64,000 nt of DNA from positions 1,472,001 to 1,536,000 of the forward strand of contig CBDBBI010000010.1 of assembly GCA_965202625.1 (NCBI GenBank), read 5' to 3'. The position numbers and the translations under genes were made by a program. The notes under the pieces were generated by a model, which was not told the DNA's origin, did no database searches, and saw only the letters and a list, made by a program, of their open reading frames with translations. Positions 51,038 to 60,931 of the stretch are shown here, in pieces (the stretch's first letter is position 1; each line of letters begins with the position of its first letter). Source of the DNA: a bacterium (GTDB taxonomy: Bacteria; UBA8248).

Positions 51038-51197
51038 TCTTGATACCTCCCTCAGGCTGCGGCCAAGGGCTACTATACACCCATCCGCACGCGAGGGGAA
51101 ATTGTATCTGCTCCTGGGCGGTGCAGATTGCAGAGAGGAGAAGCGGTGCCTCCCCGCTATGCGTCTCACCCACAAGACATTCTCCAGCCCCGTCTGC

Positions 51198-51255
51198 TTG
51201 ACGGGCCATATATTTCCGTATAATATTACCTCATAGGTAACGGAAATTTTTCCGT
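51198..51255 (+). promoter_or_regulatory. higBA promoter with palindromic operator(s)
   Basis: TTGACG followed by TATAAT/TAATAT; inverted repeats TTACCT-CAT-AGGTAA and ACGGAAA-TT-TTTCCGT. Confidence 0.6.
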
Positions 51256-51279
51256 CGTTATCGCCCGAAACATCATGGA

Positions 51280-51615
51280 ATGGACATCAATTTCCGAACG
51301 CGAAAACTCCAAAAAACGCTCAATTTGGAGAAAGAAATCCAGAAGAAGTATGGCGATCCCATGGCGAGAAAATTACAAACGCGGCTTGATGTCCTGGAGG
51401 CCGCCAAGACACTCGCAGACGTGCCGTCGAGCCGTCCGGATCGTTGTCATCCGCTCCAAGGCAAGCGAGATGGGCAATACGCCGTCGATCTCGTTCATCC
51501 TTACCGGCTCATATTCACGCCGAACCATGCGCCGGTTCCCCGGCGGAGCGACGGCGGAATCGACTTGAGGCGCATCACCGCGATCACTATCGTTGACGTG
51601 GTGGACTATCATTGA
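51280..51615 (+). CDS. higB: HigB-like (RelE/ParE family) toxin
   Basis: MDINF..KL.K, CHPLQGKRDGQYAVDL..PYRLIF, C-terminal VDYH. Confidence 0.85.
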   Translation: MDINFRTRKLQKTLNLEKEIQKKYGDPMARKLQTRLDVLEAAKTLADVPSSRPDRCHPLQGKRDGQYAVDLVHPYRLIFTPNHAPVPRRSDGGIDLRRITAITIVDVVDYH

Positions 51616-51628
51616 GGAGGCGAAGAAC

Positions 51629-52726
51629 ATGAGCGACGCGACCCACGCCTACCAACCAGATTACGCCGTCCCGCCGGGAACGGTGCTTGCAGAGCGTCTC
51701 GAGGCGCACGACATATCGCACGCGGAGTTCGCCCGCCGATGCGGTCGCTCGCCCAAGCTGATCAGCGAAATCATTTCCGGCAAGGCTCCCGTAGAGTCGA
51801 AGACGGCGATTCAATTCGAGAAGGTCACGGGAGTCGCCGCCCATATCTGGCTCGGAATCGAAACCAACTACCGGCTCCATCGGGCGCGAGAAGCCGAGGC
51901 CAGGGAAGCGGAAAAATCCGCTTCGTGGGGAAAGCGTTTTCCGGTGAAAGATTTGGTAGCGCGCGGAGTCATGGACAAGCCATCCGCGCGCTACAGCACA
52001 GTGCCGGCCCTGCTTTCCCTTTTCAGCGTCGCGTCAATCGAAGCCTGGGGCGTCAAATATGGGTCGGCGAGCGTCAGCTACCGCCATTCTCCGAGTTTCA
52101 AGAGCGACGAATTCTCTCTGGCGACCTGGCGCAGGCTGGGCGAAATCGAAGCCGAACAGCAGACTTGCGCCGATTTTCAGGAACCTCTATTCAAACGCGC
52201 CCTCGGGGAGATTCGCACCCTCACGCGCGATCCGTCTACCCATAAAGCGATCCAAGAGGCAGGCAACCAATGCAACGAAGCGGGCGTCGTCCTCGCTCTG
52301 ATCCCCCCCTTGAAGGGGATCGCGATCAGCGGCGCTGCCTGGTGGCTATCCAGCAAAAAAGCGACAATCGCCCTGAGCGCGCGCCACAAGACGGGCGATC
52401 ATCTGTGGTTCACCTTCTTCCACGAGGCCGCGCACATCCTGCTGCACGGCAAGAAAGAGGTATTCGTTGATTCGGAAAGCAACGACGCCGAAGAACGTGA
52501 AGCCGAAGCGAACCGATGGGCCGCGGATTTCCTGATTCCGGGCGAGGATTGGAGGCAATTTGTCGCCGACGGCACCAAAAGCGCACATGCCGTTCAGCAA
52601 TTCGCCAAGGAGCAAGGCATCGCTCCGGGCATCGTGGTCGGCAGACTGCAGCACGAAAAACGTTTGCCGTGGAATCGTATGAACCAGCTAAAAAGGCGAC
52701 TGGCGTGGAAAACCGAGAAACCCTGA
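51629..52726 (+). CDS. higA: HigA-family HTH antitoxin fused to an ImmA/IrrE metallopeptidase domain
   Basis: PPGTVL.E.L, XRE-type HTH, WFTFFHEAAH (HExxH), EAEANRWAADFLIP. Confidence 0.88.
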   Translation: MSDATHAYQPDYAVPPGTVLAERLEAHDISHAEFARRCGRSPKLISEIISGKAPVESKTAIQFEKVTGVAAHIWLGIETNYRLHRAREAEAREAEKSASWGKRFPVKDLVARGVMDKPSARYSTVPALLSLFSVASIEAWGVKYGSASVSYRHSPSFKSDEFSLATWRRLGEIEAEQQTCADFQEPLFKRALGEIRTLTRDPSTHKAIQEAGNQCNEAGVVLALIPPLKGIAISGAAWWLSSKKATIALSARHKTGDHLWFTFFHEAAHILLHGKKEVFVDSESNDAEEREAEANRWAADFLIPGEDWRQFVADGTKSAHAVQQFAKEQGIAPGIVVGRLQHEKRLPWNRMNQLKRRLAWKTEKP

Positions 52727-52861
52727 CGCTCTGACGTCCCCTTCAGCGCAAAACCGCCGATTCGACGTTCCGCCCCACTCACGCTTGCCTCCCCCCCCCC
52801 TTTTGGCCTCCCCCCCTTCGCGCGCGCGTTTTTTTCAGCGTCCAGGGAGGCCGGACGCCCC

Positions 52862-55800
52862 TCACGCAAGCGGCCAGCCGCCGTGGGCGGCGATCGTCTC
52901 CTCAATGCGGGCCATGACGCGGGACGTCTCGGCGAGCCCCGCGCAGAGGCGGGCGTAATGGACGACGTCCTCCCAGGAGAGGACGCGGTTTTTACGATCT
53001 TTCAGCCACTTCTCCGCCGGGCGATAGCCGCCGATGGCGAAACGCCAGACGTCGGGCGTCACCCCCTCGAAATACTGCGCGTCGTTTATCCACGCCCGGC
53101 CGGGCGCCCCGCCGCTCGGCGGAGCGTAGCGGACTTTCTCGACGCGATTCCGGCCCGCGCGCGGAAAGGCGGGCGCACCCTCGCCCTTCGCCTCCATCAG
53201 ATGCAGGGCGACCAGGCGTGCCCCGAGGCCGACAAGAGCGGCGAACAACGCGCACGCGGGCGTCAGCGGGACGCGCGGAAAATCCGACTTCAGAAAATCG
53301 GCGTAGCGGCGGCGGTATTCAGGGCTGTGGAGGACGGCATAGATGTAGTGAAAGACGTCCTCCGGCCCAAACGTGGCGGTGAGATCGCCCGCGCCCTCGG
53401 ATACGAACTCCAGGCGAAGGGCGGAGGCCGCCATTCGGATGAACTCCCGGTCGAGATTCGGTGCGCGTCCCTCGCCGCCGACCGCCGGGGCTTCATCTGG
53501 ATAGACGTAGAGGGGGAAGAGATAATTCACCTCCTTGAGCGATACCGTGTGATGCTGGATAAGGTTGCGCGAGACAAAAACGTGCTCCCAGCCTCCGATA
53601 ATTTCGGTCGATCTGGTCGTCGAAAGCCCTATATTTGGCCCGGCGCGCATGTGACGCATAACACGCTCCCGCCGATGGACAGCGACGTTGCGGTCGAAAA
53701 CAGTCGTCCGAACATCAAACGGGCGATAAAGAATATGCTCGACCCGATCGCGCCATGAGCCGTCTGCGAGTTCTGTCTTCGCACGGTCATACTGCCACTG
53801 ATTCTGCGAACACAAACGCCATAGGGTGCGCGCCTCGCTCTCGGATGTCGTTTCAAGTAGGCGGCCGATTTTGGATTCCGCCTCCTCCCGTGTCCATGAA
53901 ATGGCGAATTGATCATGCGTCGTCACAATCCCTGGAGCGGGGTCGCCACTCGGCCGGAAGATATCGGGGATTGACCACGCCGCCTCGTATTCCTCCGCCC
54001 TCGCCTCGTCTCTCGGCACAAAAAGATAGAGCGGCGTCTTCGGAGAGAGCTGCGTCCAGGGCGTGGTCTCTATGTCGTTGGCGGCGAGCCAGCCGTATTT
54101 GCCGCCGTCCGGCCCCGCCTCGCGCACCCCCCAGAGGTCGGCGTGGAACACGCGCCCCGGAGCGTCGCCGGCGTCTTTTCTCTTGACGAACAGGCCGACG
54201 GCGACGCCCTGCTGAATGTCAAAGACGTTCTCGTCCCTGCTCCCGTCGGGTGCTCTTTCTCTCCTCTTGGCGTTGCCGTGCAGGTCGAGCAGGTATATCT
54301 CGTCGAAGGTCTCCATGAGGCTGCGGCGCATTCCGCGGAAGGTGGGATTGTCGAGATACGCGTGGTTCGTGACGAAGCCGAGCACGCCCTCGCCGGTCCG
54401 CTCGATGCGCCACTGCGCGAAGCGGATGAATTTGACGTAATCGTCGCTGAGCCATTTTGCTTGTGCTGGCTTTTTCAGTTCTGGGAAACCATGCCTGTAG
54501 TCTTTGACCAAGTTTGCGATCCACGCCCCCTTGTTGGCGGAATGGCCGGAATAGGGCGGGTTGCCGAGTACCACCATCACGGGCTTCTCGCGCTTCATCT
54601 CGTCCGCGCGCGCCGCCTCCTGGGCGATCTGCGGAGCGAACAGCGGGCCCGTGGTTCTCTCGTGCGCCTCCTCCAGCGCGTTGGTGAGAAAGACGCCGAG
54701 ACGGGTTCCCTCCGGCATCTCGAAGCCGGCGTCCGCACCGCCGATCTCCAGGGCGAGCTTGAGGTGGCAGATGGCGTAGGGTGCCATCAACAACTCGAAG
54801 CCGAACAGACGGCCCAACAGATGCCGGCGGACGTAATCGCGCCAGGCACCGCCCAGCCCCCTCTCCTCGATGGCGCGGCGAATGACGACGATCACCTCGC
54901 GCAGAAAGGTACCCGTACCCACGGCGGGGTCGAGAACCAGAACGCGCGGACTCTCTCCGCCTGCGGGGCTTTCAAGGGGGATAGTCGCGGTGTCGGCAAG
55001 CCCCTCAGCCAGGCCGAAGCGGGTGCGAAGGAGGCGGTCCACGCTCCGCACGATATAGGAGACGACGGGCTCCGGCGTGTAATAGACGCCGCGCCTCTCG
55101 CGCAGCTGCGGATCGTAGGCGGCCAGAAAATCCTCGTAGAAGTGCACCACCGGATCCTCGCTTCGCGTGCGCCTGCCGAAATCGGCGAGAATGGACGCCA
55201 TGTCCGCCCTATCCAGCAGCAGGGCGATCTCATCCACGATCCACGCGATCCTCTCGTCAACGTCGGGACCGGCGATGCGATTGAAGAGGTCGCGCAGAAG
55301 CGGCGTCGTGGACGCGAAGACGGCGGTCTGGCGCATGAACCGCCCCGCGCGCGAATCGTGGAGGCAGCGCGCGGCGAACAGCCCGTAGGCTGCGGTTTGC
55401 GCCTGCAAATCCGCGAATTCCTCCGGCGAGAGGTTGGAGATCAGAACGTTGCGATAGCCCTCCAGCAGCCCGCGCAGCGACCCCTCCTGCCCTTCCCTTT
55501 CGAGAATGCGCCCGATGCCCTCGCGCAGCAGCCGCGCCTTGGCCGCCATGCGTTTGGCAAGTTCGCGCGGGTCGCCGACCGAAGGCGGGTCGGCCTCGAA
55601 GAACCCCTCAAACAACGCGCGAACCCGCTCTCGTCCTTCCGCGTTCGCACCGATTCCGCCCCGGGCGTCGATGGACCCCAGGCGCGCCGTCGCGCGCAGA
55701 TCGCCCCGCGCATACCAGCGAAATTCCAGATAATCGGTGAGAATGAGATTGGGCAGTCCCTGGCGATAGCGCCGCAGCTGCTCGCCGCTTTCGACGTTCT

Positions 55801-56056
55801 CCAGATGGGCGCCGACGTCCTTGCATTCGACGTGGCCCAGGGGAACGCCGCTTCGCTCGACGATGAAGTCGGGCGCACCGCAGGAGACGCGCGCGGGTTC
55901 GTTGATGGCGTGAACGCCATCGCCCGCCAGAGCCTCAACGAGCGACTTGAGCGCGGGTCGATAGCTGTGCTCGCGCGCCTGGCCGCTCGCGCGCGTCTCC
56001 TCCACTCTCAGGCGATACTCCCGCAGCGCCTTTCCCGAATGCGGCGCCGGCGCCAT
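52862..56056 (-). CDS. Single-chain restriction-modification enzyme (N6-adenine MTase with type ISP-like C-terminal specificity domain, no helicase)
   Basis: N-terminal PDF...ECKD PD-(D/E)xK-like motif, GVYYTP, DPAVGTGTF, GNPPY, YRPFD, IGGY...KWLKDRK. Confidence 0.88.
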   Translation of the reverse strand: MAPAPHSGKALREYRLRVEETRASGQAREHSYRPALKSLVEALAGDGVHAINEPARVSCGAPDFIVERSGVPLGHVECKDVGAHLENVESGEQLRRYRQGLPNLILTDYLEFRWYARGDLRATARLGSIDARGGIGANAEGRERVRALFEGFFEADPPSVGDPRELAKRMAAKARLLREGIGRILEREGQEGSLRGLLEGYRNVLISNLSPEEFADLQAQTAAYGLFAARCLHDSRAGRFMRQTAVFASTTPLLRDLFNRIAGPDVDERIAWIVDEIALLLDRADMASILADFGRRTRSEDPVVHFYEDFLAAYDPQLRERRGVYYTPEPVVSYIVRSVDRLLRTRFGLAEGLADTATIPLESPAGGESPRVLVLDPAVGTGTFLREVIVVIRRAIEERGLGGAWRDYVRRHLLGRLFGFELLMAPYAICHLKLALEIGGADAGFEMPEGTRLGVFLTNALEEAHERTTGPLFAPQIAQEAARADEMKREKPVMVVLGNPPYSGHSANKGAWIANLVKDYRHGFPELKKPAQAKWLSDDYVKFIRFAQWRIERTGEGVLGFVTNHAYLDNPTFRGMRRSLMETFDEIYLLDLHGNAKRRERAPDGSRDENVFDIQQGVAVGLFVKRKDAGDAPGRVFHADLWGVREAGPDGGKYGWLAANDIETTPWTQLSPKTPLYLFVPRDEARAEEYEAAWSIPDIFRPSGDPAPGIVTTHDQFAISWTREEAESKIGRLLETTSESEARTLWRLCSQNQWQYDRAKTELADGSWRDRVEHILYRPFDVRTTVFDRNVAVHRRERVMRHMRAGPNIGLSTTRSTEIIGGWEHVFVSRNLIQHHTVSLKEVNYLFPLYVYPDEAPAVGGEGRAPNLDREFIRMAASALRLEFVSEGAGDLTATFGPEDVFHYIYAVLHSPEYRRRYADFLKSDFPRVPLTPACALFAALVGLGARLVALHLMEAKGEGAPAFPRAGRNRVEKVRYAPPSGGAPGRAWINDAQYFEGVTPDVWRFAIGGYRPAEKWLKDRKNRVLSWEDVVHYARLCAGLAETSRVMARIEETIAAHGGWPLA

Positions 56057-56088
56057 GCTCTCTCCGCGCATATCTCCCGCGCGCTCCC

Positions 56089-57840
56089 CTATTCCCCCTT
56101 CTCCGGAATCACCGGCAGGAGCAGATGCGCGGGATGTGCGGGGCCCGTGTGCAGCGTCACGTTTCCGCCAAAGCGCTCTGTGGGCCTGTCCTCTTTCAGA
56201 TCGTGCTTGAAAGGCCCCACCCCGTAATAGACGCGGCCGGATATTTTCGGCGCGGAGGGTGCATAGCCCGGCCAGACGTAATCGCGCCCCCGAACGCTCA
56301 GGCCGAGGCGGTATCCTTTGGGTGCGACGATGCTCGTGGGCCATATCTCGACGTCGAGTGCGTATATCTCGCCCGGCGTCAGGGGCTGGGCCTCATCGTG
56401 GGCGTGGTAGGGCCGGTAGGGGAGCGTGAGCGCCTCGTCGAGTTTTCTGCGCGAGGCGCGCAGCCAGCCGATGGCCACGGGCGTGTGCGGGTCGTTCGAC
56501 CCCCGGTAGAGGATTTCCGTCATGTCCGGAGCGAAGAGGCGCAGGATGAGGAACAAATCCGCATCCTCCGTATCGGAGGAGACGAAGAGCTTGGCGGCGA
56601 TGGGGCCGGTGATCTCGGTTTCCGCGTCCAGGGGCGGTGAAAGATAGGTGAGGCCGTCGCCCAGGGCGGCGTAGCTCTTGGTGCGCGCGTTGCGCTGCGG
56701 TTCCGGCCGCAGGGTGCCCGAGCCGGAATGGAGGTAATACTTCGTCCATCGCGTGCGCGCGAGGGGCCATTCCTCCTCCGCGCGCGCGACGAACCGCTCG
56801 CCCGGATGGCGCACCTGGAGGAGCACTCTGGGCTGTGCCTCCCAGCCCGTATCCTCGCCTTTGAGGAAATGGCCGAAAAACTTCTTTTGAAGCGCCACGC
56901 CGTAATCGGTGTAGAAGTGCGTGAAATGCTCCAGCCCGTGCATCTCCAGCCATTTCTGCGCGGTGCCCGCCCGCGCGAAGCCCTCCGTGTTCCCCCTCGG
57001 GTGCAGGCCCACGCCCCCCCAGTTGCCCGCCGAGAGGAGCGGCGTCTTGATCTTTGAGAAATCCGGTCTGCGCACCCGCCAGTAGTCGTCGTCAAACGGA
57101 TGGTCGAGAACGTCGCGCCCGAAGTCGCTCCTGTTCGATGCGAGCTCCTCCTCCGTCAGGTTCAAGGGCCCGGATATCCACTCTCCGTTCAGGCGGCTCT
57201 TGAGGCCGCGCCTGCCCTTGCCGTGCTGACGGGGGACGACGGCCTCTCGATACCAGGTCTCGGAAAAGCGGCAGGCGACGCCCCCGTGATAGACGAGGTC
57301 CCGGTAGAAATCGGCCGCCCCCTCCCAGACGCACATGGCCGCCAGATGGGGCGGCTGGAGGGCGGCCACCTGCCACTGGTTCATCCCGTAGTAGGAGATG
57401 CCGTTCAGGCCCACCTTCCCGCTGCTCCAGGGCTGAACCCCCGCCCACTCGATGCAGTCGTAAAAATCCCTGGTCTCGCGCGGCGACCACACCTCAAGAT
57501 AGCCGGGCGAGCGGCCGGCGCCCCTTGAATCCACGCGGACGCAGGCGTAGCCGTCCGGCACCCATTTCTCGGGGTCCACGAGCTCCCAGTTCTGGTATTT
57601 GTTGGAGGTTCCGGCGATGGTTTCCGGGTAATCGTTCACCATCAGCCCCCACTGGTGGGGATATCCGTCCTCCAGGTGGAGCCACTTCGCATAGGGGCCG
57701 TAGCTGATGATGACGGGATGCTTCCCCTCCCCGAGGGGTCGAAAGACGTCGCAACGCAGAACGACGCCGTCGTCCATCTCGATGGGCACATCCCAGTCAA
57801 CACGCATTCCGTCTCTCGTCTCGCTCTTGTACGCGCTCAT
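56089..57840 (-). CDS. CocE/NonD family serine hydrolase
   Basis: VDSRGAGRS, GISYYG nucleophile elbow, GWLRAS, EIWPT. Confidence 0.92.
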   Translation of the reverse strand: MSAYKSETRDGMRVDWDVPIEMDDGVVLRCDVFRPLGEGKHPVIISYGPYAKWLHLEDGYPHQWGLMVNDYPETIAGTSNKYQNWELVDPEKWVPDGYACVRVDSRGAGRSPGYLEVWSPRETRDFYDCIEWAGVQPWSSGKVGLNGISYYGMNQWQVAALQPPHLAAMCVWEGAADFYRDLVYHGGVACRFSETWYREAVVPRQHGKGRRGLKSRLNGEWISGPLNLTEEELASNRSDFGRDVLDHPFDDDYWRVRRPDFSKIKTPLLSAGNWGGVGLHPRGNTEGFARAGTAQKWLEMHGLEHFTHFYTDYGVALQKKFFGHFLKGEDTGWEAQPRVLLQVRHPGERFVARAEEEWPLARTRWTKYYLHSGSGTLRPEPQRNARTKSYAALGDGLTYLSPPLDAETEITGPIAAKLFVSSDTEDADLFLILRLFAPDMTEILYRGSNDPHTPVAIGWLRASRRKLDEALTLPYRPYHAHDEAQPLTPGEIYALDVEIWPTSIVAPKGYRLGLSVRGRDYVWPGYAPSAPKISGRVYYGVGPFKHDLKEDRPTERFGGNVTLHTGPAHPAHLLLPVIPEKGE

Positions 57841-58212
57841 GTCTCGCCTTTCTGAAAGAGGGGGAAATGACCTTCGGCAACGCATTCGGAGATAGGGGAA
57901 ATATAACCGAGCGGCGAGGCGCAAGTCCAGAGAGAGGCTTCAGGTCGGGAGAGGTTCCCGCGCGCGCCAAACTTGACGCCGCCGCGCTTCTCTCCGGCAT
58001 GACGCGCGCTGGCAAGCGTCATAGGTGCGCTGGTAAGTCGTCCGCAGATTCGGGAGCTCTCATCCGCCCGCGCCGTGATCGGCGGGCCATGAACGCCAGG
58101 GAGGAAACGGAATCGTTAGCGAAAGGACCATGAATGGAAAGGCAGCGGACCCCGTTGGAACATCCCTATGCCTCAGCGTCGCCATCGAGTTGTTCTATGT
58201 AATCAGAACGAC

Positions 58213-58503
58213 TCACGCTGCTAAATCATCGAGACGCCGCTTGCGTTTCTCCATATGCCGAGAAAGTTTTTTTGCGGAAGACAAACATTTCCATGACGCT
58301 TTCAGCGCCATATAAAGCGAATCTATAGCCTCATCATGGGTTGCTCCTTCCCCATGATGCGGCAGATTCGGCTCCATCAACATATCGATATCGGCAAAAT
58401 ATCTTCCATCCATTTCACGGATATGAACGAAAACCGGATTTCCTTCACAGGGCTCTGATTGCGTAATCGGAGTGTGCACAATCAGAAATGCGCGATTTTC
58501 CAT
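58213..58503 (-). CDS. Small protein with HicB-like (RNase H-like) motif
   Basis: GRYFA...GEGATHDEAIDSL pattern; lower GC than the flanks. Confidence 0.55.
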   Translation of the reverse strand: MENRAFLIVHTPITQSEPCEGNPVFVHIREMDGRYFADIDMLMEPNLPHHGEGATHDEAIDSLYMALKASWKCLSSAKKLSRHMEKRKRRLDDLAA

Positions 58504-58532
58504 TTTCTCATACCCTCTTTCTTCATAAGACG

Positions 58533-58775
58533 TTATGCAGATTTAGACTCCAGCACTGTTATGATAGCACTGCTTCTCACGTTGTAGATGGGATGTCCAT
58601 CCAGTCCCCGCTCCCTCTTGAATTTGGCGACTTCCAATATATCCATCCTAATTCGCAGCACTGATCCGTCAGCAAGCCTGACTTTCGTCGGCTTATCAAC
58701 GATCTCTTCGATCTCGACCATCTCTACGTCATGCATCTCACCTGTTGATGGATGCTTCATCTTTCGCTCTGCCAT
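58533..58775 (-). CDS. Small hypothetical beta-rich protein
   Basis: Purine-rich RBS-like sequence; LADGSVLRI...DGHPIYNV; lower GC; apparently co-transcribed with the downstream gene. Confidence 0.7.
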   Translation of the reverse strand: MAERKMKHPSTGEMHDVEMVEIEEIVDKPTKVRLADGSVLRIRMDILEVAKFKRERGLDGHPIYNVRSSAIITVLESKSA

Positions 58776-59126
58776 AACCCACCCTTTTTATCGGCAATAC
58801 GTCTCATTCGCTTTGACGCGGGAATTTTCTCGTTCGCCGCTCGATCGCCTGAACAGCGTCCTTCTCCGGACGCCCCGGTGATGGGCGCTCGCCGAATCCC
58901 CCTCTGGTAAGTGAATGCGCACAAACAGCAACTCATATGACCATATCCTACTTGGAATAATGCGGGATGTCTTGCCATGCGAAAATCTCAACCGGCCCGA
59001 AGTTACCGCAACTTGCGATGCGCTCTGCGATGCGCATCGCACCCCGCCTCCACGCGGCCGGGCGTTTGAGAAACGCGCGCGCACGCCGCACAATGCGCCT
59101 GAGCTGAGGGAGGAGGATGTGATTTG

Positions 59127-59534
59127 ATGCGCGCGCGCACATGGAAAACCGCCGCCGGCGCGGCCTTCGCGCTGTGGTTCCTGTGGCTGCCCGACGCCCT
59201 CGGGCACGGGGAGGAGGAAATCCTCCTGTTCGTCTATCTGGCGGAGGAACCCCACCTCCTGAGAATCTCGACCGCCATCGTGGGAGGCGTCATTCTGGCG
59301 ATGGGACTTTTCATCGCCTACCAATCGCGCGCGGAAGCACTGGAGGGGGCGCGCGGCGAGGCATCCGGTTTGCGTCTGATGGCGCCGGGCGTCGTGGTCG
59401 TCAGCCTGGGCGTCGCCGTGCTGCTCGCGGCGGCCTTCATCCTGCCCGAGCGGCTCACGGTCGCACACGATCATCCCCTGCGCCACCCCGATGGAAACTC
59501 CCCCCAAGCGGAGAGCCGCCCCTCCAGCGAATAA
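59127..59534 (+). CDS. Hypothetical membrane protein
   Basis: GGAGGAGG RBS; signal-like segment plus two hydrophobic helices; His-rich tail. Confidence 0.7.
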   Translation: MRARTWKTAAGAAFALWFLWLPDALGHGEEEILLFVYLAEEPHLLRISTAIVGGVILAMGLFIAYQSRAEALEGARGEASGLRLMAPGVVVVSLGVAVLLAAAFILPERLTVAHDHPLRHPDGNSPQAESRPSSE

Positions 59535-59594
59535 AAGCGTCGCCGCCATTCCCGAAGCCGGGCGGGACGGCGGGGCGTTGTTCTTGCCGTTTTC

Positions 59595-60223
59595 CCCTCA
59601 CGCGAAAGGGATGCTAGAATGCGCCTTTATGATGGTTGATTTACAGGTGGGCGAGAGACGCGCGTCGCCGTAAAAAACGGGAGAGAGACGATGAAAAAAC
59701 CTGTCGCCATCGCAATGACAGCCGCATCCGTCCTGGGACTCGCGGGTTGCGGCGCCATCCGGGGAGGCATCGGGAAGGAAACCGGCGGAACGATAATCGG
59801 CGGAATCGCGGGCGGGGCGCTCGGCTCCAGAATCGGCAAGGGCCGGGGCCGGACCGTGGCGACCATCGCGGGTGCCATCATCGGCGGTCTCGTGGGCAGC
59901 TCCATCGGCCCTCACGCGAAAGAGATACTAGAATGCGCCCTTATGAAGGCCGATTTATAGGCGGGCGAGAGACGCGCGTCGCCGCAAAAAACGGGAGAGA
60001 GACGATGAAAAAACCTGTCGCTATTGTAATGACAGCCGCATTCGCCCTGGGACTCGCGGGTTGCGACACCACCCGGGGAGGCATCGGGAAGGAAACCGGC
60101 GGAACGATAATCGGCGGAATCGCGGGCGGGGCGCTCGGCTCCAGAATCGGCAAGGGCCGGGGCCGGACCGTGGCGACCATCGCGGGTGCCATCATCGGCG
60201 GTCTCGTGGGCAGCTCCATCGGC
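59595..60223 (+). repeat. Tandem direct duplication, period 314 bp
   Basis: CCCTCACGCGAAAG at 59595 and 59909; ATG at 59691 and 60005; the 3' halves are identical. Confidence 0.9.
59691..59960 (+). pseudogene. Truncated copy of the glycine-zipper lipoprotein
   Basis: Lipobox LAGC and glycine zipper present, then reads into the duplicated upstream sequence. Confidence 0.7.
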
Positions 60224-60496
60224 AAGCAACTCGACGAGCGCGACCGCCTTCTCATGGCGCGCCGCACGCAGGTCACGCTGGACAAGGGAAAATCCGGCGT
60301 GGCGACCCAATGGGTGAACCCCGACACGGGCAACCGGGGCACCATCACGCCCAGACCCGCCTACAAGGTCAACAGGGGCACGACCAAGACGTATTGCAGG
60401 GAATTCCAGCAGACCATCACCGTGGGCGGCAAGACCGAGCGCGGCTATGGCCGTGCCTGCCGCCAGCCTGACGGCAGCTGGAAAATCGCCAACTAG
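60005..60496 (+). CDS. 17-kDa surface antigen-like lipoprotein (RT0821/Lpp0805 family, glycine zipper 2TM)
   Basis: MKKPVA...LAGC lipobox, glycine zipper, WVNPDTG, YCREFQQ, GRACRQPDGSW. Confidence 0.92.
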   Translation: MKKPVAIVMTAAFALGLAGCDTTRGGIGKETGGTIIGGIAGGALGSRIGKGRGRTVATIAGAIIGGLVGSSIGKQLDERDRLLMARRTQVTLDKGKSGVATQWVNPDTGNRGTITPRPAYKVNRGTTKTYCREFQQTITVGGKTERGYGRACRQPDGSWKIAN

Positions 60497-60931
60497 CGGG
60501 CACGCCGCAGAAAACGGCCAGACGTTTTCTATTGAACCTCACCTTGGCCGGCTCTCTGGCGTCTTGCGCCTACGGCACCCCTCCCCGAAAGGTCGCCGAA
60601 TACGCCTGCGGCTCCTAGCCGGGTGCCGCCGCGACATTCAGCTGACGCGCTCCATGTTCTGAATGTAGGGCAGGTTACTCCCCTCTTCCCCAATTTCGGC
60701 GAATCGGTGGACGACATCGCGCTTGAGGCGCGCCTTCCACCTCCTCTCCGGCTCCTACGTCGGCTATTTTCTGCGCAAGGCGGACGTAGGGAGACTCATG
60801 CGCATCTATTCGGCAAAAGACGCCAAGGCGCAGATACGCGAGAAGACGGGAAGGCCGGCGGCGGGCCAGAAGGCACGATAGCTGGCCTGGTTGCAGTAGT
60901 TCTTATTCTTTCCACATGTAATCCGTATTTC

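Noticed and set aside
60530-60700. Hairpins (GGCACCC/GGGTGCC, ACATTCAG/CTGAATGT) and a GGGGAGTAAC motif as a yybP-ykoY riboswitch or tracrRNA
   Set aside because: The closing yybP motif is missing, no gene is positioned to be regulated, and there is no complementarity to the CRISPR repeat.
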